Source of the DNA: Caldisericota bacterium | Lineage (GTDB): Bacteria; CAIJMQ01; JAADFP01 | DNA length: 33,611 bases | Direction: 5' to 3' | Assembly (NCBI GenBank): GCA_013152825.1 | Contig: JAADFP010000045.1 | Span: forward strand, 1-33,611 | Part shown: piece after piece, positions 9,563 through 18,695 of the stretch | Numbering within the stretch: position 1 is the first letter of the stretch | Layout: every line of letters begins with the position of its first letter | The notes under the pieces: model-generated | Seen by the model: only the letters and a program-made list of their open reading frames with translations | Databases searched by the model: none | What the model was told of the DNA's origin: nothing | Translations under genes and position numbers: made by a program

Positions 9563-10945
9563 CTACCGCGCTGCTGACAATGCTCCTATCATATACTTTA
9601 TGTCTTGGTCTTCAAAATCCAGTTTTATTCCCACCATGAGATAAGATGTATCAAGCAGGTTTTCTCCGCCTATGAATACCCACATGTTGTTTTTTACTCT
9701 ATAATAAATCCTGCTGCGTAAGTAGAACGGTTTTATACCTTTTTGATAGAAACCTTCGGTAAGAATCTCAAGATTTTTTCTGGGACTGAAAGTAACACCT
9801 AATCCCCCTCCTGTCTCTATCCATCCCCCATGCAACATTATATTCTTCTTTATTTCCTTTCCTATCTCTGCTCTGAATAGAGGAAGGTCCTCAGCCATCT
9901 CCATTCCTCCTCCCACCAGGTAGTATTTACCAGGCCTGGGCTCTATTCGCAGATAACCCATATGTGTGGCGCCCATTTTATTAGAACCCACTCCTCCTTC
10001 ATAGCCGATATAAGTCTTTACCTGATTTATCCGTTTTATCAACCCTTCTGCTCCCGCACTTATTTTCTTTGCAGACTTCAGAGTCTCTTTCACATCTTTA
10101 TACATTTCCTCGGAAGTAACCAGTTTACCTACGGTTCCCTCCCCCTTGTTTATTTTTTCCAATATTTCCCGTAAATTTTCCAGAGAAGGTGTAACTTCTT
10201 TTTCCCACTTATCAAAATTGAGGTTTACTTTCTGGCTAAGTTCTTCTATGTTTTTGCTGGCTTTTTCTCCCTGGCTTAATATTGCCTGCAATTTCTCGTA
10301 GGTTTCTTTGTCTTTGATTAGTTTACCCAGCGTACCTTCTCCCTGGTCTATCTCACTTACCAGTTTACGGAGGGAAGTGGTTAATTCCTGGACTTCTGCA
10401 AACGTCTTGTTAAAACGAGAAATGCTGGTGCTAATATTTTCTTTATTTTCTCCCAGCCATTCGGATAACTGGAGGGCAATACTTTGAAATTTCTTTAGCG
10501 TCTCTTTTACTTCTTCCCCTATTCTTGCCGCCTCAGTAATCAATTCTTCCACCCTGGGCGGGTCTATTCCCCTTATTACACTTCCTGGTTTCCGAAGAGG
10601 CGAATCAGGAGAGCCAAGAGTTATGGAAACAAGCTTTCCTCCCATGATAGATACACTGGATATGGTAAATTGGGAATCTTTTTTGATGGGTGTATCCTTT
10701 CTCACCCAGACAGTAACAGTAATCTTTGATCCGGTAAATTTTAAATCGGCAACTTCTCCCACTTTCATTCCAGCTAATCTTACTTCATCGCCTACCCGTA
10801 ATCCTGCCACATAGGAAAAGTTTATGTAATATAAGGCACCTTTCCGAAAAGGTTTAATCTTCCCTACCAGGATGGTCAAAAGAAGTAAAAAAACCAGTCC
10901 CAGTATAAAAAATGTTCCTACTTTTTTCTCTACATTTCCTAACAT
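9563..10945 (-). CDS. MlaD/Mce-domain protein with a long coiled coil and a C-terminal beta-rich domain
   Basis: 460 aa with an N-terminal TM helix and an Mce domain (..VGDEVRLAGMKVGEV..); lies immediately downstream of the mlaE/mlaF-like genes. Confidence 0.75.
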   Translation of the reverse strand: MLGNVEKKVGTFFILGLVFLLLLTILVGKIKPFRKGALYYINFSYVAGLRVGDEVRLAGMKVGEVADLKFTGSKITVTVWVRKDTPIKKDSQFTISSVSIMGGKLVSITLGSPDSPLRKPGSVIRGIDPPRVEELITEAARIGEEVKETLKKFQSIALQLSEWLGENKENISTSISRFNKTFAEVQELTTSLRKLVSEIDQGEGTLGKLIKDKETYEKLQAILSQGEKASKNIEELSQKVNLNFDKWEKEVTPSLENLREILEKINKGEGTVGKLVTSEEMYKDVKETLKSAKKISAGAEGLIKRINQVKTYIGYEGGVGSNKMGATHMGYLRIEPRPGKYYLVGGGMEMAEDLPLFRAEIGKEIKKNIMLHGGWIETGGGLGVTFSPRKNLEILTEGFYQKGIKPFYLRSRIYYRVKNNMWVFIGGENLLDTSYLMVGIKLDFEDQDIKYMIGALSAAR

Positions 10946-10947
10946 TT

Positions 10948-11712
10948 CTATCCCTCCTCCACTGGTATAGGCCCCTCATGTGAACCTGTGATAAACTGTA
11001 TAACTAAAGGATTACTACTTTTCTTTATGTTTTCTGCCCTATCAATCTCTACCATTTTCCCTTGATAAAGCAGCCCAATTCTATCGCCCACCAGGTAGGC
11101 ACTTTTCATATCATGGGTTACCACTATCGAGGTAGTATTAAGTTTTTTCTCCAGTTCCATAATCAGAGTATTTATGGCAGAAGCCGTTATAGGATCCAGC
11201 CCCGTAGTTGGTTCATCATAGAGGACAATTTCAGGCTCCATTATCAGGGCACGTGCAATTCCTACCCGCTTTTTCATTCCGCCGGAAAGATCGTCTGGAT
11301 AAAGTTTCTCTACCCCTTTAAGTCCTACCAATGATAATTTCTCTGCTACCTTTTCCTTGATTTCTTCCGGGTCAAGCTGGGTATGCTCCACCAGAGGCAA
11401 GGCAATATTTTCCTCTACATTCAGTGAATTGAGCAAAGCGGAAGACTGAAACACCACACCTATTCTTTTCCTTATTCTTTCCATCTCTTCCTCAGTAAGA
11501 TGGGTAATCTCTTCTCCAAAAACCTGGATGTTTCCTGCGTCAGGTCTTATAAGCCCGATTATCAATTTCAGCGAAACACTCTTCCCGCACCCACTCCTTC
11601 CAATAATTACCAGGGTCTCCCCCTTGAAAACTTCCAGGTTAAGCCCGGAAAGCACACTTTTATTCCCAAAAGATTTATATATATTCTCCATTCTAATAAC
11701 AACTTCTTTCAT
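10948..11712 (-). CDS. mlaF: ABC transporter ATP-binding protein (MlaF-like)
   Basis: Walker A GRSGCGKS, signature LSGGMKKRV, Walker B VLYDEPT. Confidence 0.85.
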   Translation of the reverse strand: MKEVVIRMENIYKSFGNKSVLSGLNLEVFKGETLVIIGRSGCGKSVSLKLIIGLIRPDAGNIQVFGEEITHLTEEEMERIRKRIGVVFQSSALLNSLNVEENIALPLVEHTQLDPEEIKEKVAEKLSLVGLKGVEKLYPDDLSGGMKKRVGIARALIMEPEIVLYDEPTTGLDPITASAINTLIMELEKKLNTTSIVVTHDMKSAYLVGDRIGLLYQGKMVEIDRAENIKKSSNPLVIQFITGSHEGPIPVEEG

Positions 11713-11713
11713 T

Positions 11714-12481
11714 TTAGTACAGTAGATGCGTTACTACGTAATCGGCTATAAGAATTAGTAAAAAAGTGATTACTACTGAGCGAGTGGTAGATTCTCCCAC
11801 CCCCCGGGCACCACCTTCAGTAGTAAACCCCTCGTAGCAGGCTACCAACCCCATTATCAAACCAAAAACTGTTGATTTAATCAATCCATTTGCAATATCC
11901 TTGGGAGAAACGAATTTTGCTATTCCTTCCATGTAGGGAAATAATTTTATGCCAAGCTGTGCTTTACCTATGATAAAACCACCCAGCAACCCGGTCACAT
12001 TAGTATAGATGGTAAGTAAAGGAAGGACAATTATAGAGGCTATCATACGAGGAACAACGAGAAGCCGAATAGGATTAATAGCCATGGCCCTGAGAGCGTC
12101 GATCTCCTCGGAAATTTTCATTGTGCCTAATTCTGCGGTCATGGAAGCACCTACTCTTCCTGCTACAATTAGCCCGGTAAGCACGGGGCCAAGCTCACGA
12201 GCAAGGGTGGCGCCTACAATGCCTCCCAGCCATTGAGTGGCTTGAAACTTCAATAGTTCCTGGCCAGCCTGTAATCCCATCACCATCCCGGTAAAGATTG
12301 CCATGAGACTCACCACGGGCAAACTCCCCACGCCCATCCTATATATTTGAGCTATGGTCTCTTTTCTCATACGAAACGCAGTTTTAAACCAGTAAAAAGC
12401 ATGGAAAAGGAAAATCAACATATCCCCTGCTCTGCCTATGCCCGTTGCTATTCTCTTATTTAAAGTTATATTCTCTTCCAT
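11714..12481 (-). CDS. mlaE: ABC transporter permease (MlaE-like)
   Basis: Polytopic membrane protein of MlaE/Ttg2B type (..[37 protein letters not shown]..). I chose the ATG at 12481 (MEENITL..), which overlaps the upstream gene by 26 nt. Confidence 0.85.
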   Translation of the reverse strand: MEENITLNKRIATGIGRAGDMLIFLFHAFYWFKTAFRMRKETIAQIYRMGVGSLPVVSLMAIFTGMVMGLQAGQELLKFQATQWLGGIVGATLARELGPVLTGLIVAGRVGASMTAELGTMKISEEIDALRAMAINPIRLLVVPRMIASIIVLPLLTIYTNVTGLLGGFIIGKAQLGIKLFPYMEGIAKFVSPKDIANGLIKSTVFGLIMGLVACYEGFTTEGGARGVGESTTRSVVITFLLILIADYVVTHLLY

Positions 12482-14471
12482 ATTTTCTCCTGATCTCCCT
12501 CTGCAATGAGTCGACAGCCTCTCTAATTTTAACATTACCAGTATCTCTTTTAGCAAGTTCTCCAAGCACCTTTAATGCCTCCCCGTAGCGTCCTTCTTCC
12601 CGTAAAAGCTTTGCCAGGTCCCAGTAAGCCGGGAGAAGAGATGGTTTCAGTGAGATGACTTTCTTAAATTCTTCGATGGCTCTCCCTTTCTCCCCTATTT
12701 TTTTATATATAAGAGCAAGGTTAGCACGCGCTGAAGGATGATACGGGTTAAGCTTCAGCATCTCCTCCAGGTAAAATCCTGCCTTTATTATTTCCCCCTT
12801 TCTGAGATAAAGGGCACCTAAATTGAAATCTGTCTCAGCATAATGCGGTGCCAGTTCCTTGATTCTCAAATACTCTTTTAGAGCCCTGTCCAGATTATTA
12901 ATAGAAGCATAGGCAAAGGCAAGACGATACCGAGTTCTTAGATTATAAGGATCCCAGGCAAGAGATTTAAGGTATTCAGGTATTGCTTTATCCCAGATAA
13001 GTTGTCTTCGGAAAATAATACCCTTTCTGAGATGTATCTGGGATAAGTTTTCTTTCACCCCCACATTAAAGAAAACCCAACCGCCTGCCAGGGAAAGAAA
13101 AACTATTAAGAGGTTTCTCTGAAGAGGAGAGAAAGCCAATTTGAAGTGATAAAATTTCTTCCTGCCATGAGGGGGCAGAGCAAATAACAACCCCATAAAA
13201 GCGAAGAAAAAGATAGAAGAAGAAGGATACCTCAAATTAACCCCAAATAGATTATTCACCAGTATTCCCACAATCCCCGCCATCAGCGCCGGAAAAATAA
13301 AATTGTTACTTTTACTAAACTTCCTTGCTCCCTCTCTCAAGGATATAAAAATAAGCACCAGAAAAATTAACAAGCCCACTATCCCCACCTCACTCCATAG
13401 TTCCAGAAACTCATTGTGGGCATGATCCGTAGCATTTACCGCATGAGGGTTAAGGAAATACTCAGGAACCCTGTACTCTGGATAAACCACTAAAAAGGTG
13501 CCCAGGCCCCAACCTACTAAAGGGCGCGCCACAATCATTCTCCAGGTTCCCTGCCAAATTTTTACTCTTATGCCAATCGTCCCCTCTTTCAAGTCTTTAT
13601 TAATTTGCTGCTTGACATCGGACATTTTAGGAAAAACAGCCAACACGCTAACCAGTAACAGAAAGATAAAACAGAGAGAAAAAATAATCTTCCCTTTCTT
13701 CTTCATAAATTTATTTCGGTAAATAATCATCAGTGTAATCAATCCCGCAATTGTAGCTATGCCAGCCGCTCGTCCTCTTACTCCGTATATCAATAATAAG
13801 GAAAGTACCGCAACGATAAGAGAGGGGATTCCTATGAAAGCTTTTTTCCGCCTAAGGTTATGCAGAGAAAAAAGAAGAGATAACGGGAAAAGCATATTCA
13901 GGTAGGCAGAAAAGAAGTTTGGATTCCCAAAAGTAGAAGGTAAAACTTTTTCATAGACACGGGAATATGTGATGATTTCTTTTATGCCAATCCTGGGATA
14001 GGTAAGCCTTATGTTTTGCATAAAACCCTGCAGGTAGGAGATGCTTTCTTTTATAACCAGAGAGGCAAATGGTATCAACAGGATTCCTATGATAATTTTT
14101 TCTTCTTTCTTGCTCCAATCCATTATGGAGATAAAATAGAAAAGCAAAAAGTAAGAAATCTGGGTATAAAGGTAAGGCCGGCTTGCATAGGGATAAGGTG
14201 AGAAAATAGTAGAAAGAACATACCAGAGGAAAAGAGCAATTAATACAGGGCAAGCTGGATGATAGAACAGCTTTACCTTGCCTTTAAGACTTGCTTCTAT
14301 GAAGAAAAAAAGGACAGAAAATAACAAGAAAAACTGAAGCTGGGACAGTTTAACTAAAACGTAATTATACGCCTGGGGAAGCTGGACAAGGGGAACCAGA
14401 AAAAGAGAAAAGAGAATAAACCCTTTCACCCAGTTTTCTAATGAACCATTCTGCTTCACTCCATTACTCAC
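12456..14471 (-). CDS. O-antigen ligase (Wzy_C)-like polytopic membrane protein with C-terminal TPR repeats
   Basis: 671 aa with about 10 TM segments, a ..HAHNEFLELWSEVG.. loop typical of the O-antigen ligase family, and ~170 aa of TPR-like repeats at the C-terminus. Confidence 0.7.
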   Translation of the reverse strand: MSNGVKQNGSLENWVKGFILFSLFLVPLVQLPQAYNYVLVKLSQLQFFLLFSVLFFFIEASLKGKVKLFYHPACPVLIALFLWYVLSTIFSPYPYASRPYLYTQISYFLLFYFISIMDWSKKEEKIIIGILLIPFASLVIKESISYLQGFMQNIRLTYPRIGIKEIITYSRVYEKVLPSTFGNPNFFSAYLNMLFPLSLLFSLHNLRRKKAFIGIPSLIVAVLSLLLIYGVRGRAAGIATIAGLITLMIIYRNKFMKKKGKIIFSLCFIFLLLVSVLAVFPKMSDVKQQINKDLKEGTIGIRVKIWQGTWRMIVARPLVGWGLGTFLVVYPEYRVPEYFLNPHAVNATDHAHNEFLELWSEVGIVGLLIFLVLIFISLREGARKFSKSNNFIFPALMAGIVGILVNNLFGVNLRYPSSSIFFFAFMGLLFALPPHGRKKFYHFKLAFSPLQRNLLIVFLSLAGGWVFFNVGVKENLSQIHLRKGIIFRRQLIWDKAIPEYLKSLAWDPYNLRTRYRLAFAYASINNLDRALKEYLRIKELAPHYAETDFNLGALYLRKGEIIKAGFYLEEMLKLNPYHPSARANLALIYKKIGEKGRAIEEFKKVISLKPSLLPAYWDLAKLLREEGRYGEALKVLGELAKRDTGNVKIREAVDSLQREIRRKYGREYNFK

Positions 14472-14587
14472 AACTCTTATCTAAAACCAACCTACTGAAT
14501 AAAACTAAAACCAGGAACCTTCCCGGTATATAGCGGGAGAGTTTCCACTACTTAAACCACCTAAGGACTCAAAACTATAACTGCCTG

Positions 14588-15559
14588 TCAAGGTCTCCGA
14601 CCTTCGGGGCAAAGAGCCGATCGCATTTTATCAATCTCTTCTTCCACCACAATACCCCGGGTAGGAAAGTCAAGCAGCCGGCTAACCCTGAGATTATCTT
14701 TTTCATTAAGGATTTCCTTCTTTGCCTTCTCCACGGGGAAAGTATATATCCCGGCCTGAAAATGCATGTGGGAAAGAATAGAGGTGCCCGGCGGCCCGTT
14801 ATATACAGAGAAATAATGGGGAGAGCTCAACACAAATTCCGCCATTACTTTTAAAGCCTCTTCATCTATATACTGGGCAACATGCTCGGAATTCACAATA
14901 ACAATATGGTGATCGTAGTAAGGATAGGGATTGGCAGAAATTACGTAATTGTTCCAGAAATAATCTTCTCTACCCGGTTCCTGTATACAGTAAGGACAAA
15001 GCTCCTTACCCCTGCTTCTTTTTTCCACCCTGGCTTTACTCACAATTGACTTGCGGTGCGGGTTAAACTGCACTTCAATCAACCCATCTCTATATACTTT
15101 ACTTTCTATATCTCGCAGGCATTCCTCCCTAACAAACTTATTCTCAATGCCTTTTTCCCAGAGTTCATCAATTTTTGCCTCTATATTCTCAAGAGGAGCA
15201 CTCAATCTTTCCGGAGTAGTATCCATTTCTTTTGTTAATTCCTGGTAAAGAAATTGTAAATCCTCATGGGTAGAACTAATAGAATCCAATGCTTCCCATA
15301 CTGTTTCTAAATTGGAGAAATCATATATATCTCTATCCACTGCTACAATAAAACCAGCCATCTCGGAAGACCCTGGCTTTATGGTCTTGTCCGGGTGGCC
15401 AAAATGTTTTACATAATTATCCGGGAGTCTCCGCCAGCGAGGGAATATATAGGCAGTAAGCACACTTCCCCTCAATTTGAGAATTACATTGATAATCTTT
15501 GTTCTTTCGTTATCTTCGAGCTTTTTAATAATCTGGTAAGTAGTAGACACAAAACCCAT
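14588..15559 (-). CDS. HIT-superfamily GalT/Apa2-like nucleotidyltransferase or phosphorylase with an uncharacterised N-terminal domain
   Basis: 323 aa; the C-terminal half has CPYC followed by HMHFQ (the HxHxQ motif of the GalT branch); I recognise nothing in the N-terminal ~170 aa; good SD. Confidence 0.55.
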   Translation of the reverse strand: MGFVSTTYQIIKKLEDNERTKIINVILKLRGSVLTAYIFPRWRRLPDNYVKHFGHPDKTIKPGSSEMAGFIVAVDRDIYDFSNLETVWEALDSISSTHEDLQFLYQELTKEMDTTPERLSAPLENIEAKIDELWEKGIENKFVREECLRDIESKVYRDGLIEVQFNPHRKSIVSKARVEKRSRGKELCPYCIQEPGREDYFWNNYVISANPYPYYDHHIVIVNSEHVAQYIDEEALKVMAEFVLSSPHYFSVYNGPPGTSILSHMHFQAGIYTFPVEKAKKEILNEKDNLRVSRLLDFPTRGIVVEEEIDKMRSALCPEGRRP

Positions 15560-16191
15560 ACTTTCTCCTTTTTAATACTTTCCGTATTTTAGCACAAGAT
15601 CGATAACCAAGGTCATTACCATCAAACTCGTAGCCCTTATCCATTACCATTTTACACATATCCAGGAAGAGATTTCCCGGAGTCTCTATCCTCTCCCGCA
15701 CCCATTCCGGACCAGTAACCATTAAAACCAGCAATTCCGCGCTGTTGATGTAGATCCCCTGAAATACAGAGGTAGCGCCCCTTGCTTTGCTCACGATGAT
15801 ATCTGTTGTAAAGGGCTGCATAGTTCACCTTGGTATAACCCGATTTTAATCTTTCTTTAATTTTCAACCAGTCATCTTTTTTCTTAATAGGCCAGTCAAT
15901 AATTTCCGGCGTGGTGGAATAATCTCTAAAATTCTTCCTGATTCCTCCCGTAGGAGTCCTTTCCACGATATAAGTCGCGTTTTCCTGGAATACTTCAGCG
16001 GGGAAACGGGGAGAGAGGTCAAAGCCAAAGTTTACCAGCTCATAGCCAAAATAGTCTTCTACCGGCATGAAATCGGGTAGTCCTTCCTTTCTCCACCGCC
16101 TAACGGTAGCCCCCCAGGGATTATTGTGGATAGGAATTCTATCTGCTTCCTTATGCTCTAAGATTCTTTTCACTCTTTCTCTTGAGGTCAT
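15525..16191 (-). pseudogene. uroporphyrinogen-decarboxylase (URO-D/MtaA-like) family gene, frameshifted and 3'-truncated
   Basis: Two overlapping ORFs (15652-16191 and 15525-15821) in different frames together read as the N-terminal ~210 aa of a URO-D-like protein (MTSRERVKRILEHKEADRIPI...GYEFDG). The remainder is missing and the next gene starts at 15559. Confidence 0.6.
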
Positions 16192-16365
16192 CTTATAGCT
16201 TCCTTTTTAAATGCTAATTTTCCCTGACCTCTGCTGCAATAGGTGCAAGTTGTGAGTCTCCTTCTTGATTTATACACTAAAATTATAATCCCGAAAAATT
16301 TAGGAAAAACTCCAGTTTTTCAGAGAGGAAACTCCCCCCCGGATCCAAACCTACCTGGCCCCGTT

Positions 16366-16569
16366 TTACTTTTTGAGGGCAATTTCTGCCAGGGAAAGTG
16401 CAATGGCAAACAGCAAGCAGAACATGGCAAAACGCAAGAAACTAAGAGGATAGGCAGGCAATTTTGCCACACCAATAACTATGCCGGTAAGCTTTTGTAC
16501 GAATCCTACCAGCACACTGAGAATGGCCAGCAAAAAGGATACCCACAAACCGAACCTAAAACCTTTCAT
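16366..16569 (-). CDS. small two-TM membrane protein, unknown function
   Basis: 67 aa with two hydrophobic helices; its ATG directly abuts the folD stop. Confidence 0.4.
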   Translation of the reverse strand: MKGFRFGLWVSFLLAILSVLVGFVQKLTGIVIGVAKLPAYPLSFLRFAMFCLLFAIALSLAEIALKK

Positions 16570-17484
16570 CTATTTCCCCCTTTTCTGTAATTTTACCGCC
16601 TCCAGAGTATTCCTCAGCAGGATAGCAGTAGTAACAGGTCCCACTCCGCCGGGAACAGGCGTGATAAAGGAAGCTTTTTTCTCTGCTTCCTCAAAGACCA
16701 CATCGCCCACAATCTTCATTTTCTTCCTGCCTTTTTCATTCAATACCGGGTTTCCTTTATCGTCAAGCACCGGTACCCGGTTAATTCCAATATCTATTAC
16801 CACTGCCCCTTCCTTAATCATCTCTCCTTTTATCAGGCCAGGTTTCCCCACTGCCACGATAAGCACATCTGCTCTTTTAGTGTGGAAAGAAAGGTCACGT
16901 GTAGCAATGTGACAAACGGTAGGAGTAGGAGATTCAAATAAAGATTCTAAAAGCATCAAGGTCAAGGGCTTACCCACTATCTCCGAGTGCCCTACTACCG
17001 TAACCTCCAGCCCTTTAAGCGGGAGGCCTGTAGCTTCCAGTAAGGTTTTTGCTGCCTTTGCCGTACAGGGAACCAGCTTGCCCTTGCCATATATCAGGAG
17101 TCCTATATTGTAAGGATTCATCCCTTCAGCATCTTTATCCGGGGATATGCTCATCTGAATTTCCCTGGCATTCATATGGGAAGGGACCGGCACCTGGAGA
17201 ATTATTCCATTTACTTTTTCGTCCCGGTTTAATTCTTCTATAAATTTTATTACCTCCTCCTGGGTTTGACTCTCGGGCAACTCGTGGAGATGGTAAACTA
17301 TTCCTACTTCTTCGGCGCTCTTTTTCTGATTTCGTGCATAAACTCGTGAGCCCGGGTTATCTCCTATCATCACTGCATGAAGTGATACTTCGATGCCCTC
17401 TTCTTTAAATTTCTCAACTTCTTTCTTTACTTCATTTTTAATCTTGCCGGCAATTTCTTTTCCCTCCAGAAGTTTTGCTGCCAT
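16570..17484 (-). CDS. folD: bifunctional methylenetetrahydrofolate dehydrogenase/cyclohydrolase
   Basis: LEGKEIA..., GDNPGSRVY, VVGHSEIVGKP and PVPGGVGPVTTA motifs. I chose the ATG at 17484, 5 nt after AAGGAGG. Confidence 0.95.
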   Translation of the reverse strand: MAAKLLEGKEIAGKIKNEVKKEVEKFKEEGIEVSLHAVMIGDNPGSRVYARNQKKSAEEVGIVYHLHELPESQTQEEVIKFIEELNRDEKVNGIILQVPVPSHMNAREIQMSISPDKDAEGMNPYNIGLLIYGKGKLVPCTAKAAKTLLEATGLPLKGLEVTVVGHSEIVGKPLTLMLLESLFESPTPTVCHIATRDLSFHTKRADVLIVAVGKPGLIKGEMIKEGAVVIDIGINRVPVLDDKGNPVLNEKGRKKMKIVGDVVFEEAEKKASFITPVPGGVGPVTTAILLRNTLEAVKLQKRGK

Positions 17485-17504
17485 CGTTTCCTCCTTTTGC
17501 TTCT

Positions 17505-18197
17505 TCAATCTTTGAACCTATACCTGAAAAGAGCTAAAATTGCTACTACTCCGTCTTTCCAGGTTATCTTTTTCCCCTCCTCGTATCCCCGTCCATAATA
17601 ACTTATAGGAACTTCCCAGACACGGTAGCCCCTCTTTAAAATCTTTGCGGTTATCTCCGGCTCTATATCAAAGCCGGAAGAATGCAAGGGAATATTTTTT
17701 ATTACTTCTTTCCTGAACATCTTGTATCCAGTTTCCATGTCTGTAAGAGTGCTGTTGTAGAGAAGATTGGTGAGCAAGTTTAGAAAAACATTGCCCATCA
17801 TATGCCAGAAAAGAAGCACCCTGTGAGGGCCCAGGAAGCGTGTCCCGTAAACCACATCAGCTTTGCCGGCAAGTATCGGTTTCATAAGCAGGGGATAATC
17901 TTCCGGGTTATACTCCAGGTCTGCATCCTGGATTACTATCAGGTCGCCCGTGGCTTCCCTGATGCCTGTACGGACTGCGCTTCCCTTGCCACGATTGGTA
18001 CTGTGAGAAAATATCCGTATGTTATTGTATTTGTTTCTTAATTTTTTTACGATTTTTAGCGTAGAATCACGGGAACCATCATCTATTACAATTATCTCTT
18101 TCTCTACTTTTCCTATATCTACTTTTTCTACTTCCTCAATTACACGCGTAATAGTAGCCTCTTCATTGTATACGGGGATGAGTATGGATAATTTCAC
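17505..18197 (-). CDS. family 2 glycosyltransferase (polyprenol-phosphate glycosyltransferase-like)
   Basis: LSILIPVYNEE...VIDDGSRDST...DADL motifs. I chose the GTG at 18197, which forms a GTGA overlap with the trm112 stop. Confidence 0.85.
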   Translation of the reverse strand: MKLSILIPVYNEEATITRVIEEVEKVDIGKVEKEIIVIDDGSRDSTLKIVKKLRNKYNNIRIFSHSTNRGKGSAVRTGIREATGDLIVIQDADLEYNPEDYPLLMKPILAGKADVVYGTRFLGPHRVLLFWHMMGNVFLNLLTNLLYNSTLTDMETGYKMFRKEVIKNIPLHSSGFDIEPEITAKILKRGYRVWEVPISYYGRGYEEGKKITWKDGVVAILALFRYRFKD

Positions 18198-18361
18198 TCT
18201 TTTCCCTCGTAATCTTTTGCTTCTTCTATTAACATCACCGGGATACCTTCTTTTATCGGGTAGTACTTCTTGCACTGCAGACAAATAATTTTATCCTCTT
18301 TCCATTTCACCCCTCCCTTGCACTTAGGACAGGCCAGTATTTCCAGCAACTTCTCATCCAT
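18194..18361 (-). CDS. Trm112 family zinc-ribbon protein
   Basis: MDEKLLEILACPKCKG...CLQCKKYYPIKEGIPVML; the ATG at 18361 is preceded by GGAGGAAAGG. Confidence 0.8.
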   Translation of the reverse strand: MDEKLLEILACPKCKGGVKWKEDKIICLQCKKYYPIKEGIPVMLIEEAKDYEGKE

Positions 18362-18422
18362 AACCTTTCCTCCTATTACTAAAATGAGGAGCCGAGTACT
18401 CCACAATTTTAGCTTTCTTCAT

Positions 18423-18674
18423 TTACCTAAGAATCGCCCTGATTCCACGCAATATCTCTTTTATTCTTCCCCTTACCTCGTTTCTCATCTGTTCCAGGGC
18501 TTTAACTCTCTCCCTGAGAAGTTTTACCGTGAGATTTTCTCTCTGGAGAGATTCCACTTTTTTCTCCAGCTCTTTAATCCTGGATTTAAGGAGACTTTCC
18601 CCTTTTCCCCTGTTTTCTCTTTCCCTCAGTAACTTTTTGACTCTCCTTTCCAGCTCTTTCCACTTTTCCTCCAT
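18423..18674 (-). CDS. small coiled-coil protein (function unknown, possibly division-associated)
   Basis: 83 aa, almost entirely heptad-type charged coiled coil; lies directly downstream of pheT. Confidence 0.45.
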   Translation of the reverse strand: MEEKWKELERRVKKLLRERENRGKGESLLKSRIKELEKKVESLQRENLTVKLLRERVKALEQMRNEVRGRIKEILRGIRAILR

Positions 18675-18695
18675 ACTTAGAGAGCCCCTAAATCA

